Source of the DNA: an uncultured Acidobacteriota bacterium
GTDB lineage: Bacteria > Acidobacteriota > Vicinamibacteria > Vicinamibacterales > CAVVIG01
NCBI GenBank assembly: GCA_963731545.1
Contig: CAVSWN010000004.1
Span: forward strand, 1 to 64,000
DNA length: 64,000 nucleotides
Direction of reading: 5' to 3'
A model generated the notes under the pieces. It made no database searches. It was not told the origin of the DNA and saw only the letters and a program-made list of their open reading frames with translations. Each line of letters starts with the position of its first letter. The stretch's first letter is position 1. The translations under genes were made by a program, and so were the position numbers. Of this stretch, positions 29,998 through 41,400 are shown in pieces.

Positions 29998-30240
29998 TGA
30001 CTGAGAAGAGCACAGCTACGGTCGAGATGTCTCTGGAAGCGTTGAGCGAAGCGCTACCCGCGCCGCCGACGATTTGCGCGCGGTGGTACCGGCGATCGAT
30101 CAAGCCCGTGCGGAAATCGGATCGCGGAACACTTCGATGTCGCGCACGGTCGTCCGCGACGCGGAGCGCGTCATCGATCATCTGCGCCAGGCGGACGAAT
30201 GCCTGCGCGACGTGGTGAAGGATCTCGCCGAGCGCGAATA
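29998..30240 (+). CDS. Small hypothetical protein, apparent frame change
   Basis: MTEKSTATVEMSLEALSEALP then …DDLRAVVPAIDQARAEIGSRNTSMSRTVVRDAERVIDHLRQADECLRDVVKDLAERE in another frame. Confidence 0.25.
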
Positions 30241-30255
30241 GCCCGGGCGGCGGAA

Positions 30256-31143
30256 TTACTTCGTCGGCTGCAGAAGCTCGCGAATGCCGCCGAGCGCGCC
30301 CATGATGCCGCTCGTCTCGTACGGCAGAAACACCAGCTTCTGCGCGTTGTTCGCGATCTGGCCGAGCGACTCGAGGTATTTCTGGGCGATCAGGTATTGC
30401 GCGGGGCTGTCCCTCGCGCCCAGCGCCTCCGCGACAACCTGGATCGCCTGCGCTTCGGCTTGCGCCACGCGCAGCCGCGCCTGCGCCTGGCCCTCGGCGG
30501 CCAGGATGGCGGCTTCCTTCGAGCCCTCGGCGTTGACGATGGCCGCCTGCTTCTGGCCCTCGGCCCGCAGAATCGCCGACGACTTTTCGCCCTCGGCGGT
30601 GGTGACAACGGCGCGCCGCGTGCGCTCCGCCGTCATCTGCTTCTCCATCGTCAGGCGAATCTCTTCGGGCGGCGTGATGTTCTTGAGCTCGATGCGCATC
30701 ACCTTGACGCCCCACTGCTGCGTCGCGGTATCGAGCGCCGCGCGCAGCTGCGAGTTCGTCGTGTCGCGCGAGGCGAGCGTGTGATCGAGATCGAGCTGAC
30801 CGATGACATTGCGGAGCGCCGACAGCGTCAACTGCTCGAGACCCCAGCGGAGGTTCTGCACCTCGTAGGTGGCCCGCACTGGATCGGCGATCAGGTAATA
30901 GATGACCGCGTCCACCTCCATCGTCACGTTATCGCGCGTGATGACGGGCTGCGGTTCGATCTTCGTGATCTGCTCGCGCAGGTCGATCGTGTCGCGGACC
31001 GAATCGAGGAACGGCACGATGGTGTTGAGGCCGGCTTCCGCCGTGCGGTGGTAGCGGCCGAGGCGCTCGATGATCTTCACCTGCTTCTGCGGGACGATCT
31101 TGATCGTCCGCATCAACACGATCAGCAGCACCAGCGCGATGCC
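30256..31143 (-). CDS. SPFH/band-7 (stomatin-like) protein
   Basis: MNSIVFFGIALVLLIVLMRTIKIVPQKQVKIIERLGRYHRTAEAGLNTIVPFLD…EAEGQKQAAI…; ATGA overlap with NfeD stop. Confidence 0.85.
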   Translation of the reverse strand, partial: GIALVLLIVLMRTIKIVPQKQVKIIERLGRYHRTAEAGLNTIVPFLDSVRDTIDLREQITKIEPQPVITRDNVTMEVDAVIYYLIADPVRATYEVQNLRWGLEQLTLSALRNVIGQLDLDHTLASRDTTNSQLRAALDTATQQWGVKVMRIELKNITPPEEIRLTMEKQMTAERTRRAVVTTAEGEKSSAILRAEGQKQAAIVNAEGSKEAAILAAEGQAQARLRVAQAEAQAIQVVAEALGARDSPAQYLIAQKYLESLGQIANNAQKLVFLPYETSGIMGALGGIRELLQPTK

Positions 31144-31611
31144 GAAAAAGACGATGCTGTTCATGAGCGAGTGACCTCCAGCACGATGCCGTCCGCGCCG
31201 ACGACGCGGACTTTGACCCCGGCCGCGATGACCTCGGTGCTGCGCGCCGCCCAGTCTTCGCCGGACGACGGTCACGCGGCCGGTGCCGATGGTCGGATCG
31301 ATGTCGTGGGTGACGAGTCCCTGGCGGCCGATCAGCGGATCGGTGCGGGACGGCACGCCTTTGCCACCGAGAAGGCCGACCAGCGTGGAGCGCAGCATCA
31401 CGAGGGAGACGATCATGACGACGGCGAAGGTGCCGATCTGGATCGGGACGCCGAAGCCGAAGTACGCGGAGGCCGCCGCGGCGATCGCGCCGGCGCTGAT
31501 GAACGCCGACCCGAAATGCGGAACCGACAACTCGATGACGGCGGCCACGAAGGCCACCGCCAGCCACGCGAGCATCGTGAACTCTCGCACCCAGTCGGCG
31601 ATGAAGTTCAT
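31140..31611 (-). CDS. NfeD-family membrane protein (stomatin operon partner); frame change ~31250
   Basis: MNFIADWVREFTMLAWLAVAFVAAVIELSVPHFG…LIGRQGLVTHDIDPTIGTGRVTVV then other frame GEDWAARSTEVIAAGVKVRVVGADGIVLEVTRS*. Confidence 0.7.
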
Positions 31612-32063
31612 AGGCGGAACAGCGGACGGCCGTTGGCAAAGCCCGGCCACGGAATCCCGATGAGCATCAGTGCGGCCGCGAGGCCGAAGCAGATCAACAG
31701 CCGCCTGCGCTGCGCGTCGGCCTGCGACGCCTTGCGCGCGAGGGCCCGGCCGATGTGCGCCAGGATCACGGCGCCGAACATCGACGTGATGTGCTCCACG
31801 GCCCAGAAGCGCAGGTTCGAATCCCGCATGGCCGCGCCGAAATTCTTCATCGCTTCGGCCGTGAACGGGCTCAGCGCGAAGTAGAGCAGGAGTCCCAGCA
31901 GCATCTGCAGATCGAGGGTCGCCATGGCGGCGAGACTCCAGCGATCGGCTGACCCGCGGTCGGCCGGGAGTCGAATCCGCAGCGCGGCGAGCAGCGTGCC
32001 GACGGCCGCCACCAACGCAATCCAGCGAAGCCAGGAATGTATCAGGAGGACGCCGCTATACAT
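31608..32063 (-). CDS. Small polytopic membrane protein, first gene of membrane-NfeD-SPFH operon
   Basis: 4 predicted TM segments; stop overlaps NfeD ATG (ATGA). Confidence 0.5.
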   Translation of the reverse strand: MYSGVLLIHSWLRWIALVAAVGTLLAALRIRLPADRGSADRWSLAAMATLDLQMLLGLLLYFALSPFTAEAMKNFGAAMRDSNLRFWAVEHITSMFGAVILAHIGRALARKASQADAQRRRLLICFGLAAALMLIGIPWPGFANGRPLFRL

Positions 32064-32093
32064 GCGCTAGACGTTAACACGGCAGCAGGTGGA

Positions 32094-32150
32094 GGGCGGG
32101 AAGGGCGGGAAGGGCAGGAAGGGCGGGAAGGGCAGGAAGGGCAGGAAGGG
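32094..32150. repeat. 9-bp tandem repeat (GGGC[G/A]GGAA) x6 plus partial unit, in promoter region of the NfeD-SPFH operon
   Basis: gggcgggaa gggcgggaa gggcaggaa gggcgggaa gggcaggaa gggcaggaa ggg; 30-90 bp upstream of start at 32063. Confidence 0.85.
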
Positions 32151-32168
32151 AAAAAGGTGCTTACTCGA

Positions 32169-32858
32169 TCACGGTTCGCGGTTTCGCGTCTCGCGGAGGA
32201 GCGCCTGGGCCTTGGCCATTTTCTGGCGGGCGCGCTCGAGGGCGGCTTCGGCGCGCTTGATCTCCGCATCGTGTTTCCGCTGCGCGGCTTCGGCCTTGCG
32301 CCGCGCGTCTTCTTCCTTCTTTGCGGCCTTCTTGGCGGCGGCGGTCGACGCCGCCGACGGCGCAGGGATCGCTTTCAGCTTGAGTCCGCCAAGCGCCTCG
32401 AATCCCGATGGCTGCAGCGGACGTGTCAGCCTTCCCGGCGCTTCGGCCGGCGTGGGTGCGAGCGAGAGCGCTTCGAACGTGCGCATCAGCGCGTCCGGGC
32501 TCGGCTTCGAGCCGGCGGCATCGGCGAGCCGAACGGCCTCGGCAGCGGCGGCGGCCACCGCGCGGCGATGCGCATCGCTCGCCGCCCGAACGTCGGCCTT
32601 GCGTCCTTCGAGCGCGGCGACCTGCGCCTTGCGAAGGCTCGCGCCGGTGTCGAGCAGCGCGTCGAACACACGACGCGCGCGCCAGTACACCTGGTTCACG
32701 GCCCACGGCACGACGGTGGGTTTGGCGAGACGCTTCACGCGCTGCGCGTCGGCGCCGCTCAGCGTTTTGGCGAGCGCGGTGCGCGCTTCGACGAAGGCTT
32801 CCAACGGTTGCTGATACAGGTCGTCAATTTTCGAGTCGAGCCGCAGACATCTCAACAT
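32169..32858 (-). CDS. Hypothetical coiled-coil protein
   Basis: MLRCLRLDSKIDDLYQQPLEAFVEARTALAKTL…; Ala/Lys/Glu-rich C-terminus. Confidence 0.45.
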   Translation of the reverse strand: MLRCLRLDSKIDDLYQQPLEAFVEARTALAKTLSGADAQRVKRLAKPTVVPWAVNQVYWRARRVFDALLDTGASLRKAQVAALEGRKADVRAASDAHRRAVAAAAAEAVRLADAAGSKPSPDALMRTFEALSLAPTPAEAPGRLTRPLQPSGFEALGGLKLKAIPAPSAASTAAAKKAAKKEEDARRKAEAAQRKHDAEIKRAEAALERARQKMAKAQALLRETRNREP

Positions 32859-32934
32859 TATGCTCGCCTTCAGCAGCGGCGGCAATGGCGACGTGCACCT
32901 TTATTGCTGAACGCCAATCGAATGGAGGAGGTCA

Positions 32935-33433
32935 CTGTGTATTTGAAATCACTCATCACTGCGAGCGCCGTCGCTGCCTTGACAGCGATCGGCCCGGCGA
33001 GTGTGTTTGCTCAGCCGCCGGCAACGACCACGCGCAGCCGCCGGCGACGACCACGGCGCAGCCGCCGGCACCGCGACAGCACACCGGCCAGCACAACACG
33101 CCGGCTCCGACCACGCGGCCGCGACCACGACTGAGCCGCCCGCGAGCACAACCGCTGGACCGACGACAACCTCGCCCGGCGCGACCACGACCGCTCCGGC
33201 CGCAGCGCCTGTCGTGACGCAGCCTCCGGCGGCAACACCCGCGCCGGAACCGACGACCGTTCCGCCGACCGCACCGTCGCTCCGGAGCCGGCGCCGGTAG
33301 GCACGAGCGGTTCAGAGGCCCCGCGGCCCACGACGCTGCCTGACACGGCGAGCTCGCTGCCGTTGATGCTGCTCAGCGCGTTCGGCGCGTTTTCGGGCGC
33401 CGGCGTGGTGCGTTCGCTGCGGCGCCGACTGTA
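32935..33433 (+). CDS. Small secreted Thr/Pro/Ala-rich protein with C-terminal sorting-signal-like tail (LPDTAS-hydrophobic-RRRL); repeats cause frame changes
   Basis: MEEVTVYLKSLITASAVAALTAIGPASVFAQPPATTT… (QPPATTT DNA repeats) … PTTLPDTASSLPLMLLSAFGAFSGAGVVRSLRRRL*. Confidence 0.45.
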
Positions 33434-33517
33434 GAGAACCAGGGGCGGACACACGGGTCCGCCCCTACGGTTCAGACGGTCAGGTGCTGTCGGCCCTCGC
33501 CTATGAGACGCGAGGTC

Positions 33518-33934
33518 TTACGGATGTGACACGGTAATCGTGTAGGTCTGCGCGGCCGTCAACGTTCCGGGATCAAACACAGCAATACAGTACTTGCCGG
33601 ACACGATCTGCCCGCCGATCGCCTGCGAGTTGAGGATGACGAAATTGTTCTGCTGAAGAACGGTTCCCGTGCAGGTGCCGTCGTTGTTCGCGACCAGCCA
33701 GGCCATTCCCGCGAGAATATTCGAGTTCGGCGCCCACGCGGTGAGCTTCACCTGGAGCTCGCCGGTTTTCCCGGTCGAGAATTGGTGGCGGTTGACCCCC
33801 TGCTGCACCAATGTTCCGCTGAACGTCTCGGTCTGATTGTTCGATGGCGTCGTGATGCCGCCGCACCCGAGCGCGAACAAGGCAGTCAGTCCACACGCGA
33901 CGACGAGGGCGCGTCGAGTCACCATAGATCCTTT
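33518..33934 (-). CDS. Lipoprotein (lipobox LFALGC), lower-GC gene
   Basis: MKGSMVTRRALVVACGLTALFALGCGGITTPSNNQ…. Confidence 0.6.
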   Translation of the reverse strand, partial: KGSMVTRRALVVACGLTALFALGCGGITTPSNNQTETFSGTLVQQGVNRHQFSTGKTGELQVKLTAWAPNSNILAGMAWLVANNDGTCTGTVLQQNNFVILNSQAIGGQIVSGKYCIAVFDPGTLTAAQTYTITVSHP

Positions 33935-33985
33935 CATGTGGCGACTCGATTGTACTCCGAGCCGGTATAAGATCCGCACATCCCC

Positions 33986-34624
33986 GTGCGCCGCTCTCTC
34001 TGGATCGCGATTCCTGCCGGCCTTGTCGCGTTTGCGCTCGCGTTCACTCTCGTGCCGCCGAGCGGTCCGCGATCGATGCGGCAGTTCAATCCGAGCCGGC
34101 TCGCCGATCTCGAGCTGCGGATGTGGAAGGCGTACTACGCCAAGGAGCGCGCGCAGCTGTTTGGTCTGCTGGTGACGATGCTGCACGAGCAGTATCGGTA
34201 TTCATGGGCGACGGCGACGCGCGAAGCGTTTCATCTCGCTCGCGCGGCCGCCACGTTCGGCGACTTGAAAGGCGACTACGAGCAGGTGCTGCCGGATCTC
34301 GAAGCCGGGTACACGACGGCGAAGTCGTGGCTCGGCGCCGGCTTCGATCCGAAGGCTGTCGCGCGGGCGGAGTTGGCGTGGTGGGTCGCGCGCCGCGTGC
34401 CGGGGCAGAACAGCGCGGAGCAGGTCGGACGCCTCATCGCCGAGGAGTACGCGCTCTTGTACGAAACATCCGTCGAGCGCGTGGCGGAGGCGGCGCTCCT
34501 GCGCGCCACGGCGGCGAAGCTCCGGGATGAACAGGCTTCGCAGCCGGACTGGGCCCGCATCGGGCAGTTGCTGGACGCCTCGTACCGCGAGCTGCTGGCC
34601 GCGCTGGCAGTCGAGAATGTCTAG
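33986..34624 (+). CDS. Hypothetical membrane-anchored protein
   Basis: GTG start, N-terminal TM (RRSLWIAIPAGLVAFALAFTLV). Confidence 0.5.
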   Translation: MRRSLWIAIPAGLVAFALAFTLVPPSGPRSMRQFNPSRLADLELRMWKAYYAKERAQLFGLLVTMLHEQYRYSWATATREAFHLARAAATFGDLKGDYEQVLPDLEAGYTTAKSWLGAGFDPKAVARAELAWWVARRVPGQNSAEQVGRLIAEEYALLYETSVERVAEAALLRATAAKLRDEQASQPDWARIGQLLDASYRELLAALAVENV

Positions 34625-35870
34625 CGCCACAGCGGTCGCGACGCCGCTCACCTTCCGCGACGTGTTGCGCATCGATGTCATCCGGCGCATCTGGTACGCG
34701 CAGTTGGTCAGCCTGTTCGGAGATTTCCTCGCGCTGTTCGCCGTTATCGCCGTCGTGTCGTTCCGCATGCACGGCACACCGTCACAGCTCACCGGCGTGC
34801 AGATCGCCTACATGCTGCCGATAGTGTTCGTCGGCCCGATCGCCGGCGTGTTCGTGGATCGCTGGCCGCTCAAGCCGACGCTGATCGCGAGCGATCTCCT
34901 GCGCGCGGTGCTGGCAGTGCTGCTGATCGTGTCCTCCCAGTTGTGGCACGTGTATCTCGTCCTGGCCGCGGTGAGCTGCGTGTCGGCGTTCTTCGCTCCG
35001 GCGCAGACGGTGGCCATCCGCACGCACGTGCCCCCGAACGGGCTGGTGTCGTCCAACGCGCTGATGCAGATGGCCTTCATGGGCAGCCGCATCGTCGGAC
35101 CGGTGGCGGCCGGCGCCATCGTCGCCGCATTCGGTCCGGCGATCTGCTACGCCGTCGACGTGGCGAGCTTCATGGCATCGGCGGCGCTGATTGGATCCGT
35201 GGCCATCGCGCGCGCCGTGCTCGGCGCCGGGCGATCGGAGTCGTCGAGCAACCGCATCCACGCGCTGTGGCTGGACATGCGCAAGGGCGTGCGATTTCAT
35301 CGTCCATCACGCCGCGCTGCTGTTCGTGGTGCTGGCCATGGCGGCGGGACTGTTCACGATCGGCTGCTTCGCGCCGCTGATCTCGATTTACGTCCGCGAC
35401 ACGCTGCACGGCGATTCGGGCTCTTCGGCATCGTCAGCGGCGCGGTCGGCTTCGGGATGATTCTCGGAACCCAGGTGGTGCGAAAGCTCACCACGCGTCT
35501 CTCGCACGAGACGCTCGTGCTGTCGGGTCTCGCCGGCATCGGCGCCGGCGTGTTCATCCTTGGCGCGGTGCCGCTCGCGGCCGCGACGTTGACCGCCACG
35601 TTCACGATCGGGTTCGCGTTCAGAGCGATCATGGTGCCGGCCCAGACGCTGACGCAGCGCGAGACGCCGCCGGACATGCTGGGACGCGTCTCGAGCACGC
35701 AGATCTCGGTCCTGTTTCTCGCCCAGATTCTCGGGCTGGTGCTGTCAGGCACCCTGGCCGATCTCTTCGGCGTGCGCGATCGTGTTTTTTCTGTGCGCCG
35801 GGCTGTCGCTGGCACTGGTCGGCGCCGGCAGACTCTTCCTGCGATCGGGATTCGAGTTCGCGGGCCTGAA
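34617..35870 (+). CDS. MFS transporter, with frame changes (~35290)
   Basis: MSSATAVATPLTFRDVLRIDVIRRIWYAQLVSLFGDFLALFAVIAVV… 12-TM-like pattern continuing in second frame (…LFVVLAMAAGLFTIGCFAPLISIYVRDTL…). Confidence 0.6.
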
Positions 35871-35930
35871 AGGCCCGCGCTACACCAGCGTGAGGGCAGT
35901 TCGTAGGGCGGCCCTTTCAGCGGCCGCCGA
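35858..35930. repeat. Inverted REP pair
   Basis: GCGGGCCTGAAAGGCCCGCGCTACACC … GTAGGGCGGCCCTTTCAGCGGCCGCC. Confidence 0.6.
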
Positions 35931-37250
35931 TCCTCAGCGATGCTGTAGAGGAACTGGTAGCTGCGCAGATAGATCTCGTTGTCGACGAGGGCCGGCGACG
36001 CATCGAACCCGTCATCCAGCTTGTTCTTCGCCAGCACCTCGAACGCCGGACCGTGCTTGATGACGAGCGTCATGCCTTCGCGCCCGGGGAAGTACACGCG
36101 GCCCTGGGCGCCGACCGGCGAGGCGAACACGTTCGGCACGCCGTCGAGGCGCTGCAGCTGATAGTGCGGCGTCCCGCTCTTCGCATCGAACGCGGAGAGG
36201 ATGCCGGAATTGGTTTTCAGGAAATAGAGAATGCCGTCGTAAAGCAGCGGCGAGGGCACGTACAGGCGTGTCGCGATCGAGCGTCCACGCTTCGGCGCTT
36301 GGATGCTGACAGGTCGCCCTTCGCGTCGGCCAACCGGATCGCGCGCAGCCGATTGCCCCGGAAGCCGCTCATCAGGAACACCATGCCGTCCGCCGCCACC
36401 GGCGACGGAATCGGATTCATCGTCAGACCCGGGCCTTCCCAGACGATCTGGCCGGTTCTCGACGTCGTAGCTCCGCACCTTGCTCATCGCCGGCGCGATC
36501 ACCTGCGCGCGGCCGCCGTGCTCGACGACCAGCGGCGTGGCCCAGGTGTCGATCTCTTCGCGGTTGGCGCGCCACAGCTTCCTTGCCGGTCGCGCGCGTC
36601 GAGCGCCACGATGAACGACTGCCCCTGATGGTCCCAGACGATGACGAGGCGATCGCGGTAGAGGACAGGCGTGCTGCCCTCGCCGAACTGGTTGCGCATC
36701 TTCTTGTCGCCGAGGTCCTTCTGCCAGAGCGGCTTGCCGTCCATGTCGTAGACGTACATGCCCTGGGACTCGAACCACGCGTAGACGCGCTGGCCGTCGG
36801 TGATCGCCGAGCTCGACGCGTACGTGCCGTTCTCGCCGTGCGCGGCTTCGTGCGGCAGTTCTTCGCGCGCCGTCCGCTCCCAGACCGTCTTGCCGGTCCG
36901 CCGATCGATGGCGAGCACGACGAAGCGGTAGCGGTCGCGCGGCCGCAGCCCGCCGCGCGGCTCGTGCGCGGCGGCGCCGGTGACGCCGACCGGGACCGCC
37001 GACAGGACGAACACGCGGTCGTTCCAGACGACAGGCGACGCCGAGCCGCGGCCGGGCATCTCCACCTTCCAGCGAATGTTCTTGGTCTCGCTCCACTCGA
37101 GCGGAGGGTTGGCGGTTCTCGACACGCCCGTGGCATAGGGCCCGCGCCACTGGGGCCAGAACCGTTCGTTCGGGTTCGATTGCGCCGCCGTCGCGCCTGC
37201 GGCGCTCTGGCGTGCCAAGGCTGCGGGCACCGCGGCGGTCACAACGCGCG
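35890..37250 (-). pseudogene. PQQ-like beta-propeller repeat protein (BamB-like), paralog 1; several frame changes
   Basis: …WPQWRGPYATGVSRTANPPLEWSETKNIRWKVEMPGRGSASPVVWNDRVFVLS… (ORF 36499..37242) and C-terminal …LYVPSPLLYDGILYFLKTNSGILSAFDAKSGT…VDNEIYLRSYQFLYSI within ORF 35354..37648. Confidence 0.55.
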
Positions 37251-37318
37251 ATCAGCGCCGCGAGCGGCAATCGTCCGATCATCGCGCGAGTGTACGTATG
37301 GGCTTTTACCTGTGGAAA

Positions 37319-38476
37319 CGATGAATGGTCCTTTCGATTTTCAGCTGCGCACCCGCATGGTGTTCGGCGACGGCGCGCTGGCTCGGCTGGGGGATCTCGC
37401 GCGTGAGTTGGCGTTTTCGCGCACGCTCGTCGTCGCGGATCGCGGCCTCGTCGCGGCGGGGCACGTCGACCGTGCGATCGCGATCCTGGACGGACGCGTC
37501 GATCGCGACGTGCCGCTTTCACGAGTTTGGCGCCAATCCGGACGCGCGAATGGTCGAGGCCGGACGGCGCGTACGCCGCCGAGGGAGCGATTGATTCCAT
37601 CGTCGCGCTCGGCGGCGGCAGCTCGCTCGATTGCGCCAAGGGCATCAATTTCGTGCTTCACCAACGGCGGCACGATGCGCGACTACCGCGGGTTCGGCAA
37701 GGCGGCGCGGCCGATGCTGCCGTCGATCGGCGTCCCGACGACGGCGGGGACGGGCAGCGAGGCGCAGAGCTACGCGCTGATTTCGGATGCGGAGACGCAC
37801 GAGAAGATGGCGTGCGGCGATCCGAAGGCCGCGTTCCGGATCGCGATTCTCGATCCCGCCTTGACCGTGTCGCAGCCGCGGGAGGTGACCGCCGTCGCCG
37901 GCTACGACGCGATCTCGCACGCGGTCGAGTCGTACGTCACGACGCGGCGGACGCCGATGTCGAGCCTGTTCGCGCGCGAGGCGTGGACGCTGCTCGAGGG
38001 CCACTACGAGCACGTGCTGCGCGAGTCCACGCGACCTGGCGGCGCGCGGCGCCATGCTGCTGGGCGCGCACCAGGCCGGCGTCGCGATCGAGCAGTCGAT
38101 GCTCGGCGCCACGCACGCCTGCGCCAATCCGCTGACCGCGCGTCACGGGACGACGCACGGCGTGGCGATTGCCGTGATGCTGCCGCACGTCGTGCGCTGG
38201 AACGCCGGCCACGTCGGCGACTCGCTACGCGGACTTGCTGCGGACAGCCCGACGGATCCGCGGATGACGCAGTCGACGCGGCCAATCGCCTGGCCCATCG
38301 CCTCGAAGTGCTCGCGCGGGCCGGCGGCCTGCCGGCGACGCTGCAGCGACCTGGGCGTCCCGCGGGACGGATTGTCGGCCCTGGCCGCGGATGCTGCGAC
38401 GCAGTGGACCGGGACGTTCAATCCGCGGCCGTTCGATGCCGCCGCCGCGCTCGCGCTGTACGAGCGCGCGTTTTGA
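37319..38476 (+). CDS. Iron-containing alcohol dehydrogenase family protein; multiple frame changes
   Basis: MNGPFDFQLRTRMVFGDGALARLGDLARELAFSRTLVVADRGL… / IDSIVALGGGSSLDCAKGINFVL / …GVPTTAGTGSEAQSYALISDAETHEKMACGDPK… / …GTTHGVAIAVMLPHVVRWNAGHV…. Confidence 0.65.
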
Positions 38477-41400
38477 GGACCGGCGCTTCCGGCAGGTGAC
38501 GGCTCAGATAGTCGGCCACAACCTGCACGTGCGGCGGCTGAAGCAGCGTGAGGTGCTCGCCCGGCACGTCGTAGATCCTCAGCTCGCGCTTGATCAGGTG
38601 TCCCCACCCGAATGTGCCGCCGCGCCGGCTCGTGTCCGCTGAGGCTTTCGTGCGGAAAAGGATCGCGGACCCGTCGTACGGCGTTGGCCGATACCTGCGG
38701 ACGGCGAGGTCCTGAGCGATTCGCACATTTGACGTCTGCACGCGAATCCGTTCTCCGGACCGTTCGCGACGCCGGTACGCGCGGTCGCAGCCGAGCCCGT
38801 TCGCGCCACGCTCTGATGATCTCGAGAACGAGCCCGGGCCTGTCGATCCATTTCTGGGCGAGCAAACGACGCGTGTGCTTCAGCGAAGTTCTCTCAATGG
38901 CGAGCCATCTGTATTTGAGCGATTCGAGTGGCGGTAGCCGTTTGGGACGTCCAAGCGCCGGCGAGTCGAAGAGCGCCAGCACGGCGACTTCCTCTCCCTC
39001 CGCGCGCAGCCGGCCCGCGACTTCCACGGCGATGCTGCCGCCGAGGCTCCAGCCGGCCAGACAGTACGGGCCGGACGGTTGCAGGCGCCGGATTTCGCCG
39101 GCGTAGTGCGCCGCCATGTCCTCGATGCGAACGTGCGCCGGCTGGCGTCCGTCGACGCCGAGCGCCTGGAGTCCGTAGAGCGGCTGGTCGCTGCCCAGCG
39201 CCGCGCTCAGATCGCGGAACCCGAGCACGCCGCCCCCCAGTCCGTGCACGCAAAAGAGCGGCGCCTTCGATCCGAAGGGCTGAATGGACACCAGCGACGT
39301 GTCGTCGGGCGCACAGCGCGACCGGATCGCAGCCGCCAGCTGTTCGACGGTCGGCGCCTGGAACAAGGCCGACGCCGGCAGCCTTGCGCCGAAACGTATG
39401 GCGATGTGATCGAAGACGCGAATGGCGGCCAGCGAATCGCCGCCCAGATCGAAGAAGTTGTCCATGGCGCCGATCGAGGGGATCCCGAGCAGTTCCTCCC
39501 AGATCGCTGCCAGTTCGCGCTCGGTCTCGTCGCGCGGCGCGACGAAGCCGCGCGCGTCCCGAAACGGCTGGCGGCGACGGGAGCGCGCGCCGGTCCACTT
39601 TGCCGTTCGGGCTCAAAGGCAATGCGTCGAGCATCACGAATGCAGCGGGGATCAGCTCCTGCGGCAGCGTCGACTGCGCGAAGGCGCGCAAGGCGGCCGC
39701 CGACACCGGTGCGTCGTCGCGACAGACGACGTACGCGGTCAGGAGTTGGTCGCGACCCGATGTCGCGCGCACCGCGACGAGACATCGCTCGACGGCCGGG
39801 TGCGCGAGCAGCGCCGCTTCGATCTCCGCCGGCTCGATTCGGAAGTCCTCGAATCTTCACCTGATGATCGAGGCGGCCGAGAAAATCGATATTGCCGTCA
39901 GGCAGGTATCGCGCCAGGTCGCCGCTCTTGTACATGCGCGCCCCGGGCCGATCGACAAACGGATCGGGCACGAACGCGCGCGCTGTCAGGTCCGGCCGCT
40001 TCCAGTAGCCGCGGCCCACCGGCACGCCAGCGATGTGCAATTCCCCCGGAACGCCCGACCGGCACCGGCGTGCAATCGCGCGATCGAGGATGTGCATGCG
40101 CGCGTTGGCGATGGGCCGGCCAATCGGAACCGTCTCGGGAGTGGCGCCGCGCTCGCACCGCCATGACGTGACCTCAACCGCCGTCTCGGTCGGTCCGTAC
40201 AGGTTGAAGAGATCCGCGCCCAGACGATCGAAGAACTTGGCTTGAACCTCCGGCCGGAGCGCCTCGCCGCTGGTGATGACGTAGCGCAGGCTCGTGCACT
40301 GCGTGACATCGGGCTCGTCGAGGAACACATCGAGCATCGGCGGCACGAAGTGGATGGTCGTGATGTGCTCGCTGCGAATCAGCCGCGACAGGTAGGCGTT
40401 GTCCTTGTGCCCTCCGGCCGCGCCAGCACCAGCCGCGCACCCGCAATCAACGGCCAGAAGAGCTCCCAGACCGACACGTCGAAGCTGACCGGTGTTTTCT
40501 GGAGCACGCTGTCCGACGTGCCGAAGCTGAAACGCCTCCTGGCCCCAGAGGAGCCGGTTCGCCACCGCACGATGCGGGTTCATCGCGCCCTTCGGCTGAC
40601 CCGTCGAACCAGACGTGTAGATGACGTAGGCGAGGTGCTCGACCGACATCTCGACGTCGAGATTCTCGTCGCGACACATCGCCCGCACCTCGGGCGCATC
40701 CACGCACACGACACGAGCCTCGGACCGCGGGAGACGCGCAACGAGGTGTCGCTGGGTGAGGACGACCGGCGGTTCGGCGTCGCCGATCATGAACGACAGG
40801 CGCGCGGGCGGGTAGGCCGGATCGAGAGGCACATACGCGCCACCCGCCTTCAGAATGGCGATCAAGCCGACCATCAAGTCGAGCGAACGGTCGATGCACA
40901 CCCCAACCAGGACGTCCGGTCCGACGCCCAACTCGCGCAGTTCCGATGCGAGCCCGTTCGCACGCTGATTGAGCTCGCGATATGTGAGGTGGCTGCCTTC
41001 GCAGGTAACCGCCACGGCATCTGGCGTGCGCGCGACCTGCTGCTCGAAGAACTGATGCACCAGCAGCTGCGGGTAGTCGACCGCGGTGTCGTTCCACTCG
41101 ATCAGCAGTCGCCGGCGCTCGGCCTCCGACAGCGTCGCCGCGGTCGAGTACCGAGGCGATGGGCGCGTCCGGCATCTCGATGGCCTGCTCGAGTAGACGC
41201 TGGAAGCGTGGAAGCACGTCAGGCGCACGCTCTGGAGCAAAGGCGGCGGGTCGATAGTGCAACCGTACGCTGAGCCCCATCCTCATGCGGTTTGACGTAC
41301 AGGAGCAGATCGAGCTGCGGCATCTGCGCGGCGACATCGAGCGGAGCAAACGTCACACCGCCGCCGGTCTCCCGCGCGTACGCGTGATCGACGAAATCGA

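Noticed and set aside
32094-32150. Possible CRISPR array
   Set aside because: Units are 9 bp with no spacers; it is a simple tandem repeat, not a CRISPR
32037-33134. 365-aa plus-strand ORF spanning the tandem repeat
   Set aside because: Passes through an intergenic 9-bp repeat and the antisense of the 32169..32858 gene with Arg/Gly-rich composition; only its 3' end (signal peptide of the Thr/Pro-rich protein) is credible
35354-37648. 764-aa minus-strand ORF
   Set aside because: Composite read-through of a high-GC region; only segments matching PQQ-propeller motifs look coding, the rest is Arg/Pro/Ala-rich antisense-type noise, so it was not called as one gene
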